This document shows, piece by piece, positions 39,112 through 46,812 of a DNA stretch of 64,000 nucleotides. The notes under the pieces were generated by a model. It saw only the letters and a program-made list of their open reading frames with translations. It ran no database searches and was not told where the DNA came from. This stretch comes from an uncultured Chloroflexia bacterium (GTDB lineage: Bacteria > Chloroflexota > Chloroflexia > Thermomicrobiales > JALYUS01): contig CAWJZC010000009.1 of NCBI GenBank assembly GCA_963847195.1, forward strand, positions 17,812 through 81,811, given 5' to 3'. Positions within the stretch are counted from its first letter, which is position 1, and the number at the start of each line of letters is the position of its first letter. A program made the translations under genes and the position numbers.

Positions 39112-40140
39112 ATGTCCGTCATGCCAGCACGCACAGCACCCGCAAACGACCGCTCAAAGTCGGCATCCACCTGCCGATCACCGACCCGTGGGACGACGAC
39201 GCTGGCGATGGCGCAGCGCGCGGCGGAGGTCGGCTTCGATTCGCTCTGGCTGCCGGATCATCTCTCGCATCAAGCGCGACCAACTCTGGATCACCGCCGG
39301 GCGGCCCGTCCCGCCCGGCGTCGAGTTGGACCCGCCCGCCGGTGCATGGGAGACGTGGTCGATGCTCTCCGCGCTCGCCATGGCGGTGCCGAATGTCGAA
39401 CTCGGCACGCTGGTTGCCTGCACCGGGATTCCGCAACCCGGCGCTGCTGGCGAAGATGGCGGAGACGCTGGACGCGATCAGCGGTGGCCGGCTGATCCTC
39501 GGCCTCGGCTCCGGCGATGTGGCGCACGAGTTCCACGCCTTCGGCTTCCCCTTCGACCACGCCGTCAGCCGCTTCGAGGAGGCATTGCAGATCATCACGT
39601 CGCTCCTGCGCGAGGGCTACTGCGATTTCCACGGCACGTACTATGAGGTGAACGATCTAACGCTGGAGCCGCGCGGCCCGCGCCCGAACGGCCCGCCGAT
39701 CCTGATCGGCACCCTGCTCACCGGCAAGCGGATGCTCCGCCTGACGACGCAGTACGCGGACCTCTGGAACGGCTTCCTCTGCTACGGCCGCAACTGGCCC
39801 GATGTCCTGCCGCCGATCCGCGACGCGATCGACGCCGCCTGCATCCAGCATGGCCGCGACCCCGCCACGCTCGGCCGCACCGTCGGCGTGCGCGTCGCGC
39901 TGCTCGGCGAGCAAGTGACGGGCGGCGTCGAACCGCTCGAAGGCACGCCGCGAGCAGATCGCCGACGCCCTCCGCGAGTACGCGCGCTGCGGCGTCTCGC
40001 ATGTGCAGGTCTGGCACGCACCGCGCACCCTCGCCGGGATCGAAGCCTTCGCGCCCGTGCTGGAGGAGTTGGATACGAGGTTAGCAAAATTTCCCGCTTG
40101 CGCCCCCGCGCCGTCTGCGTTTCATACTCCGCACCATTGA
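39112..40140 (+). pseudogene. luciferase-like monooxygenase (LLM) family oxidoreductase, about five frame breaks
   Basis: ATG 39112 is preceded by GAAAGGA. The pieces are PLKVGIHLPITDP / TTLAMAQRAAEVGFDSLWLPDHLS / AGAWETWSMLSALAMAVPNVELGTLVACTG / FRNPALLAKMAETLDAISGGRLILGLGSG...GRTVGVRVALLG / EQIADALREYARCGVSHVQVW, in alternating frames. Junctions are near 39150, 39190, 39275, 39425 and 39950. Confidence 0.75.
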
Positions 40141-40171
40141 GCCGTCCGTCGATGAGAGGAAGTAGGAGGAG

Positions 40172-41256
40172 ATGTCATGCCAATGCTGCCGCCGAGAACC
40201 GCGCGCGTATCCCCGTTCAGTCGTTGATGGACTTCACCGTGCGCGCCTTCCTGCGCGTCGGGCTGACGCAACCGGACGCCGAGACGATGGCGGACGTACT
40301 GATCGGCGCGGACATCCGCGGTATTGACTCGCACGGCGCTCCCCGAATGCGCATGTACGTCGATCCGGCTGCGCGACGGCCTGACGAACCCGGAGCCGCG
40401 CATCGCGACCGTCTCGGAGACACCCGGCACGCTCGTCCTCGACGGTAACAACGGCTCCGGCCCGGTCGTCGGCAAGTACGCGATGCAGCGATGCATCGAG
40501 AAGGCGCGCGAGAACGGCGTCGCGACGGTGACGATGCGCAACAGCAATCACTACGGCTCGCTCTACTACTATCCGCTGATGGCCGTCGCGGAGAATATGG
40601 CGGGCATGACGATGACGACGACCGGGCCGTTCATCGTGCCGACCTTCGGCGCGGCGGGCATCCTCGGCACGAACCCGATCTGCATCGCCTTCCCCGGCGG
40701 CAACGCGCGCGCAACCCTTCATGATTGACATGTCCACCAGCGTCGTCGCGGGCGGCAAACTGGAGATCGCCCGCCGCGAGAACCACGACATCCCGAGCGG
40801 CTGGGCGCTGGACGAACAATTCCAGCCGACGACCGACCCCTTCAAGGCGAAGCTATCCTCAATCCGCTCGGCGGCGACCGCGAGCATGGCAGCCAGAAGG
40901 GCTACGGCCTCAATGTCGCGGTGGACCTCTTCGCGGGGCTGCTCTCCGGCGGCAAGGTGAGCGCGGAGAACACGCAGATCGAACGGACGGCGAAGGCGAC
41001 GCACACCGCGCATATGTTCAGCGCCTGGCGGATTGACGCCTTCGTGCCGTGGGAGCAGTACGCCGCCCGCTTCGACGAGTACATGCAGATGCTGCACGAC
41101 TGCCCGCCCGCCCCCGGCCACGACCGCGTCCTCACCCCCGGCGAGCCCGAATGGACCGCCGAAGACGACCGCCGCGCCAACGGCATCCCCCTCCACCCCG
41201 CCGTCGTCGACGACTTGCAGCAACTCGCGGACGAACTGGACATGCCGTTCGTGTAG
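40172..41256 (+). pseudogene. Ldh_2-family dehydrogenase (second copy), about four frame breaks
   Basis: AGGAGGAG + ATG at 40172. The pieces are ...IRGIDSHGAPRMRMYV / RLRDGLTNPEPRI...VTMRNSNHYGSLYYY...ILGTNPICIAFPGG / PFMIDMSTSVVAGGKLEIARRENHDIPSGWALD / AILNPLGGDREHGSQKGYGLNVAVDLFAGLLSGG...LTPGEPEW... Junctions are near 40175, 40365, 40708 and 40853. Confidence 0.75.
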
Positions 41257-41273
41257 GGGGCTGGGGTAGCATT

Positions 41274-42056
41274 TTACTGCGCTGTATAGCCGCCATCCGC
41301 CGCCAGCACATGGCCGGTGACGTATGACGAGGCGTCCGAACAGAGAAAGAGCACCGGGCCGACCATCTCATCCGGGGTGCCGAAGCGACCGATCGGATGC
41401 TTGGCGCGGAAGGCGTCGTAGAAGGCCGGCTCGCGCGAGACTTGCCGCGCGACCCCGGCCGTCTGGATCACTCCCGGCGCGATGGCATTGACGCGCACGC
41501 CGGTCGTCGCCCATTCGACGGCCAGCGACCGGGTGATCTGCACGACGCCGCCTTTGCTGGCGATGTAGGCCGGATTACCGGGGTAGGCGATCAGCCCCGC
41601 GATGGAGGCGAAGTTGACGATCCGGCCATCGCCGCGCGGGATCATCACACGGGCGGCGGCCTGGCAGCAGAGGAATGTCCCGGTCACGTTGAGCGTGAGC
41701 ACGTCGTCGAATGTCTTGCGGTCGTAGTCGAGCGCCAGCCCCCGGCTGCCGCCGCCCGCCGTGTTGATGAGGATGTCGAGGCGGCCCCACTGATCCACCG
41801 CGCGCTTGACCATCGCGTCCACCTGGCGCTCGTCCAGCACGTCCACCGGCATCGCGAGCGCGTCACCGCCCGCCGCGCGCAACTCGGCGGCGACCGTCTC
41901 CGCGCGCTCCCCATCGCGATCGGCGACGATGACGGACGCGCCGCTGGCGATCAAGCCATGCGCGATCGGCGTCGCGAGCGCCCCCCCGCCGCCGGTGATA
42001 ATCGCCACCCGCCCATCCATCCGCCACATACCCGGTACCGTCTTCCGCTCGTCCAT
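41274..42056 (-). CDS. SDR-family oxidoreductase (FabG-like)
   Basis: Start MDERK (42056) or MWRM (42029). ITGGGGALATPIA, NTAGG, and SIAG...YIASKGG triad. Intact. Confidence 0.9.
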   Translation of the reverse strand: MDERKTVPGMWRMDGRVAIITGGGGALATPIAHGLIASGASVIVADRDGERAETVAAELRAAGGDALAMPVDVLDERQVDAMVKRAVDQWGRLDILINTAGGGSRGLALDYDRKTFDDVLTLNVTGTFLCCQAAARVMIPRGDGRIVNFASIAGLIAYPGNPAYIASKGGVVQITRSLAVEWATTGVRVNAIAPGVIQTAGVARQVSREPAFYDAFRAKHPIGRFGTPDEMVGPVLFLCSDASSYVTGHVLAADGGYTAQ

Positions 42057-42085
42057 GCATCCCTCCCGTCTGACAAAACGACTGA

Positions 42086-42191
42086 ACCACAGAGACACAG
42101 AGAGCACAGAGAAACGCGGAGAAGAAGTGAAAAAGGGTTCTCTTGTATCTTCCTCTCGTCTCCTTCTCGCTTTCTCCTCTGTGTCTCTGTG
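42086..42191. repeat. long purine-arm/pyrimidine-arm hairpin (ACCACAGAGACACAGAGAGCACAGAGAAACGCGGAGAAG ... CTTCTCGCTTTCTCCTCTGTGTCTCTGTGG)
   Basis: Read directly. It lies in the divergent gap between the SDR and HAD genes. Confidence 0.8.
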
Positions 42192-42274
42192 GCTCAATCC
42201 CCCCTCAAGTCGCGCCATCATACGGGGGATGGCGCGGCTCTGCTATGCTGCGGGCCGAGAGAAAGGCAGGGGAC

Positions 42275-43130
42275 ATGGCGATTCGGCTGATTGCGCTCGA
42301 TGTGGATGGCACGCTGCTCACCTCCGCCGGGGAGGTCTCGCCCGCCGTGCGTGACGCGATCCGGGAGGCGGTGGCGCGCGGCGTCCACGTCACGCTCGCA
42401 ACGGGGCGTCGGCTCTACGCGGCACGCACGTACGCGGAGGCGCTCGGCTTCCGGCTTGCCGCTTATCCTCCAGGGCGGCGCGGTGATCCAGGAATCGTCC
42501 ACCGGCGCGGTGCTCTACGAGGACGCCATCCCGCCCGATGTGCTCGCGCGGTCGGTCGCAATCAGCCTCGCCCATGGCTATCAACCCGTCCTGCTGGAAA
42601 GCCCCGCGCATGGCGGGCGGCTCTACACCGGCCCGCTGGAGGCCGATAACCGCGCCACGCGCGAATATCTCATCGCGCGCGATGGCGTGACGCGCACTGA
42701 CCACGCCACCCTGCCGACGCTCGGCAATATTCTCAGCGTCGCGACATTCGATGATACGCTGCCGCCGCTGGTGACGCTGCGCGATGCACTCGTCGATGCG
42801 CTCGGCGACCGCATCAGCCGCCTGATCGACCGGCCGGTAACGGCGACCGCGAGCGTCAAGACCTTCGCGCTCGATCTCTTCAACGCGGGTTGCGGCAAGG
42901 GCAAGGCGCTCGCCCACCTCGCCGCGCAGGAAGGTATCACCCTCGCCGAGACGATGGTCATCGGCGATTATCTGAACGACCTCGAAATGCTCACCGCCGT
43001 GCGCGATGGCGGCGGCATCGCCGTGGCGATGGGCAACGCCGAACCCGAACTGAAGGCCGTCGCCACCGCCGAAGTCGCCACCAACGACAACGACGGCGTC
43101 GCGGAAGCCATCCATCGCTTTGTCCTCAAA
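42275..43130 (+). CDS. Cof-type HAD-IIB hydrolase; one frame break; no stop codon before the next HAD gene
   Basis: [15 protein letters not shown] (motif I) in ORF 42143..42649. After a shift near 42455 the body continues in ORF 42291..43943 (...[36 protein letters not shown]...). The frame then runs on through a repeat into the next HAD domain. Confidence 0.8.
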
Positions 43131-43154
43131 CCGGAGGAACATACCGTCAGAGTC

Positions 43155-43228
43155 GCAGAAGCACAGAGAACACGGAGAAGGGAACCTTCAATTGCTCCCT
43201 CTGCGATCTCCGCGCCTCCGCGTCTCGC
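43155..43228. repeat. degenerate purine-arm/pyrimidine-arm repeat (GCAGAAGCACAGAGAACACGGAGAAGGGA ... TCCCTCTGCGATCTCCGCGCCTCCGCGTCTCGC) lying in frame between two HAD domains
   Basis: Read directly. The arms are only loosely complementary. It translates as AEAQRTRRREPSIAPSAISAPPRLA. Confidence 0.6.
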
Positions 43229-43250
43229 AGTTCCCCGTTGTCCATTCGCG

Positions 43251-43943
43251 GTGCTGTTGATTTTCGACTTCGACGGGCTGATCCTCGATACGGAACTGCC
43301 GGATTTCGAGTCGTGGCAGGAGATGTTCGTCGAGCATGGCGCGACGTTGCCGCTGTCGTCGTGGGCGCCGCTGATCGGCACGGCCTCATCATTCGACCTC
43401 TACGACTATCTGGAGCAGCAGGCGGGCAGGCCGATTGATCGCGCCGACGTGCGCGAGCGTCGGCGGCAGCGGTTCCACGAGCGGGTCGTCAATCAGGCGA
43501 TCCTGCCGGGCGTCGAGCGGTGCATCACGGACGCGAAGGCGCGCGGCATGAAAGTTGGCTTGGCGTCGGCGTCGTCGGCGGATTGGGTGCTGGGGCACCT
43601 CGAACGGCTCGGGTTGCACGTCCATTTTGATGCGGTAAAGACGGCGGACGATGTGGAGCGGGTCAAGCCGGACCCCGCGCTCTACCGCGCCGCCCTCGCC
43701 GCCCTTGGCCTCGACGCAGCCGAGGCAATCGCGCTGGAGGATTCGCCGAATGGCATTGCGGCGGCAAAGGCGGCGGGCCTCTTCTGCGTCGCCATCCCAA
43801 ATGCGATGACGCGCGACCTCGATGTCGGCGCGGCGGACCTGCGCCTTGCCTCGCTGGCGGAGATGCCACTGGCGGAATTGCTGGCCGTCGTGGACAATCG
43901 GCGGGCCAACCATGTCGCCTCGCAGCGAAAGGAAGATGCATGA
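43251..43943 (+). CDS. HAD-IA hydrolase (beta-phosphoglucomutase/phosphatase-like)
   Basis: In-frame GTG at 43251: VLLIFDFDGLILDTE (motif I), GLASASS (motif II), and EDSPNGIAAAKAAG (motifs III/IV region). Confidence 0.8.
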   Translation: MLLIFDFDGLILDTELPDFESWQEMFVEHGATLPLSSWAPLIGTASSFDLYDYLEQQAGRPIDRADVRERRRQRFHERVVNQAILPGVERCITDAKARGMKVGLASASSADWVLGHLERLGLHVHFDAVKTADDVERVKPDPALYRAALAALGLDAAEAIALEDSPNGIAAAKAAGLFCVAIPNAMTRDLDVGAADLRLASLAEMPLAELLAVVDNRRANHVASQRKEDA

Positions 43944-44416
43944 GCGCGTCCGTCCCCGCCCATCCGGAAATCGTCGCATTTTCAGAGCCGATCTGCACCG
44001 CCATCGAACGGATCATGCGCTGCCTGGAGGGGCAAGACGCGGAGGGTCTGAACTGGCGGCCACCGGCGGCGGCGACGAACAGTCTCTTTGTCCTCGCCTT
44101 CCATTCGCTCGGCAGCGCGGAGGGATTCATCCTCGGCCTGCTCGGCGGCGAGCAGATCGTGCGGGACCGCGATGCGGAATTCATGGCGCGCGGCGATTCC
44201 GCCGAACCGCTCGCGGCGCGCTGGGCAAGCCTCCAACCGCGTCTGCGCGCCGCCCTGGATACGATGCCGCCCTCGATGCTCGATCGGACATTCACGCATC
44301 CGCGCCTCGGCGCGATGACCGGGCGCGCGTTCCTCATCCTCGTCGCGCAGCACATGGCCGAGCACGCGGGCCACGCCGAGTTGACGCGCGATCTGCTCAG
44401 GGCCGCGCGCGACTGA
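43940..44416 (+). CDS. DinB-family (DinB_2) four-helix-bundle protein
   Basis: 158-aa intact ORF. The start overlaps the upstream stop (ATGA). His-containing helices are present (AFHSLGSAEG, VAQHMAEHAGHAELT). Confidence 0.7.
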   Translation: MSASVPAHPEIVAFSEPICTAIERIMRCLEGQDAEGLNWRPPAAATNSLFVLAFHSLGSAEGFILGLLGGEQIVRDRDAEFMARGDSAEPLAARWASLQPRLRAALDTMPPSMLDRTFTHPRLGAMTGRAFLILVAQHMAEHAGHAELTRDLLRAARD

Positions 44417-44537
44417 TCGCCCGCTGAACTTTTCGTCACACGTCGTACGTCGCGGATCGACGCGCTGTGCTATGCTGTGGGAACGTCGCACCCCGGCTCG
44501 CACCGCAGTTGCGTTACGCCGGTATTACCAATTTCAT

Positions 44538-44660
44538 CTCATATGGCAGTGGGCGTCTCGATGCGAGGCGCACAGGGGGAAGTCCGGTGCAAGTCCGGCG
44601 CTGTCCCGCAACGGTATCCGACCACGATGGTCGGGAGCCCGATTACCCGCCGCTGCCCGG
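44538..44660 (+). promoter_or_regulatory. cobalamin (B12) riboswitch aptamer
   Basis: Core GGGAAGTCCGGTGCAAGTCCGGCGCTGTCCCGCAACGGTA matches the conserved AGGGAA..GGTG..AA..CC...GCTG.CCCGCAAC.GTA block. GAGCCCGATTACCCGCC matches the B12 box (compare GCCCGAAGACCTGCC). The candidate closing helix is GGCAGTGGGCG / CGCCGCTGCC. It lies upstream of an ECF-transporter operon. Confidence 0.88.
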
Positions 44661-44712
44661 TATCGTCACCCTTCGCGTGAAAGGAGACGGACGTTGGCGC
44701 GCTCGCCGTGAT

Positions 44713-44758
44713 GCGTCCCTCGCCCGGTCCCCGCAAGGACTGGCAGGGGCGCTTTTTT
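44713..44758 (+). terminator. riboswitch expression platform: imperfect GC hairpin followed by T6
   Basis: GCGTCCCTCGCCCGGTCC-CCGCAA-GGACTGGCAGGGGCGC-TTTTTT. The stem has internal mismatches, and it lies 55 nt before the first gene. Confidence 0.6.
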
Positions 44759-44812
44759 GTGCTGAGGACTGAGGGCTGAGGACGAAGGATTGAGTGGGAA
44801 AGGGTGGAGACA

Positions 44813-45745
44813 ATGAAGTCTACATGGCGGTTCGGTGTACGGATCGCTCTGGTAATGGCGATGGCGTTGGTCGCCTTGACGGCGGGGGTGGTCGCGCCGG
44901 TCGGGGCGGCGGGGACGGAGACGGCGAGCGCGGCGGCGTGGTTGCGGGGTCAACAGAATGCGGATGGCGGCTACCCCGGCTTCTCCGGGCCGGCCAGTGA
45001 CCCGAGCGCGAGCGCCGATGCCGCCCTTGCCTTCGTCTCGGCAGGCATCGGGCTTGGTGATGTCAAGAAGGGCGACGCGAGCCTGCTCGACTACCTGCAT
45101 GCGAGTGCATCGGGCCTGAAGACCGGCCCGGCGGCGACGTACCTGCTTGTCGCCGCCAATATCGGCGAGAATCCATCGTCGTTCGGCGGGGCGGACCTCG
45201 TCGCCCTGAGCACCGCCGAGAAGAGCGCGGACGGCATCTACGGCGGTTCGTACTTCATTCACGCGCTCGTCGTCCTCGCGCAGACGATCGCGACGTCGCC
45301 GGATGCCGCCAAGTCGCTCGATAACGGCGTACTCCTGCGGGCGCAACAGGTCGACGGCGGCTGGGGTTTCGATGCGAAGGGGACGAGCGACACGAACACG
45401 ACCGCGCTCGTCGTGCAGGCGCTCGTCGCCAGCGGGCAGGGTGGCGACGCCACGACACGCGGCATGGCGTACATGGAAGGCACGCTCCAATCAACCGGTC
45501 TCTACCCCTTCGACGCGAAATCCGGCGACGGCGACGCGAACAGCACCGCCTACGTCCTTCAAGCAAAGATCGCTGCCCGCGCCAACCCGGCGGAGATCAC
45601 CCGTACGCGCACTGCCATGCTCGCCCTGCAAAACCCGAGCGGCGCCTTCCCCTTCCAGAAGGCCGCGCCGGATGACAACCTCCTCGCCACCGTGCAAGCA
45701 ATCCCCGCCCTGAACGGCGTCGCCTTCCCCGCCTTCCGTGGATAG
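44813..45745 (+). CDS. secreted alpha/alpha-toroid (prenyltransferase/terpene-cyclase-like repeat) protein, putative corrinoid-binding alpha-domain
   Basis: GGTGGAGA + ATG 44813. Signal peptide: MKSTWRFGVRIALVMAMALVALTAGVVAPVGAAG. Repeated motifs are LRGQQNADGGYPGF, LRAQQVDGGWGFD, LQSTGLYPFD and LQNPSGAFPF. It is the first gene after the B12 riboswitch. Confidence 0.65.
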   Translation: MKSTWRFGVRIALVMAMALVALTAGVVAPVGAAGTETASAAAWLRGQQNADGGYPGFSGPASDPSASADAALAFVSAGIGLGDVKKGDASLLDYLHASASGLKTGPAATYLLVAANIGENPSSFGGADLVALSTAEKSADGIYGGSYFIHALVVLAQTIATSPDAAKSLDNGVLLRAQQVDGGWGFDAKGTSDTNTTALVVQALVASGQGGDATTRGMAYMEGTLQSTGLYPFDAKSGDGDANSTAYVLQAKIAARANPAEITRTRTAMLALQNPSGAFPFQKAAPDDNLLATVQAIPALNGVAFPAFRG

Positions 45746-45896
45746 GGCTGGGCATCCCTACAGGAACTGAGGACTGAGCGGAGGGAACTGCACCATGGCT
45801 TGGAGAAATGAGATCGAGCCGAGACGGAGGGCCTCGGTCCTCACGCCGCCCGAAGGGCACCCGCAGTCCTCAGCCCTGCCCCGCGATACGAGCGGC

Positions 45897-46661
45897 GTGA
45901 AGGTGCTCTTCGTCGCGCTGCTCGTCCTGCTCGCGCTGAGCGGCGGCACCGCGCCCGTCCAGCCCGCGCGGGCGGCGGGTGCGGCCGGCATCGTCATCCG
46001 GCACAGCAACGGACGCCTCGTCTATGCCCTCGTCCCGCTGGCGGGCGACGGGATGACCGGCGCGGAGGCGTTGCAAAAGTCCGGGCTCGACCTCAATGTC
46101 AGCGTCGGCGGGTCGTTCGGGGTGGCGGTCTGCACAATCGACGGCGAGGGGTGCCAATCGCCGAAGGAGGATTGCTTTTGTAAATCCTACGGTGATCCCG
46201 CCCTGTACTGGCACTACTATCAGCGCAACGCCGACGGCTCGTGGCGCACATCGGCGCTCGGCGCGGGGAACCGCATCCTCCACGATGGCGACGTGGACGG
46301 CTGGTCGTGGACGGGCGGCGAGAGCAATCTGCCATCCGTGACGCTCCAACAAATCGCGGCGGCGGTGCAATCGACCGGCGCGACGCCGACACCGCCCGCC
46401 GCGCTCGCCATGACGGATGCGCCCGCGCCGACGGTCGCCGCATCCGTCCCGACGACACCAACGGAACCGCAGCCGCTCACCGCAATCGTTGCGCCGAATG
46501 GCGCCGCGACGCCGCTCGCACCCGCAACGAAGCCGCCCAACCCGGCGCGCGGTCGGGCGATTGGCGGCTTCGTTGCCGTCGCAGCGGTTATGCTTGCGCT
46601 CCTTGCGCTCGTCCCACTCGGTGCGCGACGACGCAATCGACGGCTGAGGGCTGAGGGCTGA
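45897..46661 (+). CDS. DUF4430-like (transcobalamin C-terminal beta-domain-like) protein with signal peptide and C-terminal membrane anchor
   Basis: In-frame GTG 45897/45903 starts the signal VKVLFVALLVLLALSGG. The earlier ATG 45795 lies inside a repeat. The core is GAEALQKSGLDLNV...GSFGVAVCTIDGEG...YWHYYQRNADGSWRTSALGAGNRILHDGDVDGWSW. A Pro/Thr/Ala linker and TM (GGFVAVAAVMLALLALVPLG) + RRRNRR follow. Confidence 0.6.
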   Translation: MKVLFVALLVLLALSGGTAPVQPARAAGAAGIVIRHSNGRLVYALVPLAGDGMTGAEALQKSGLDLNVSVGGSFGVAVCTIDGEGCQSPKEDCFCKSYGDPALYWHYYQRNADGSWRTSALGAGNRILHDGDVDGWSWTGGESNLPSVTLQQIAAAVQSTGATPTPPAALAMTDAPAPTVAASVPTTPTEPQPLTAIVAPNGAATPLAPATKPPNPARGRAIGGFVAVAAVMLALLALVPLGARRRNRRLRAEG

Positions 46662-46812
46662 GGCTGACGGCGAGGACTGAGAAGGTCACATGCGAACAGA
46701 TCGAGCGGGCGAGAAAGCGAGAGGCAGTGCGTTCGCGGGCCATTCCGAGGAGGTCATTCGCAAACCGCTCTCCCCGCCCTCCCTCAACTCTCAGCCCTCG
46801 GTTCTCAGCCCT
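46643..46812. repeat. inverted tandem-heptamer arrays (GCTGAGG / CCTCAGC type) flanking the annotated start of the EcfT gene
   Basis: Left GCTGAGGGCTGAGGGCTGAGGCTGACGGCGAGGACTGA (46643..46680). Right CTCAACTCTCAGCCCTCGGTTCTCAGCCCT (46783..46812). Single arms of the same unit are at 44761..44783, 45764..45777 and 45866..45880. Confidence 0.8.
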
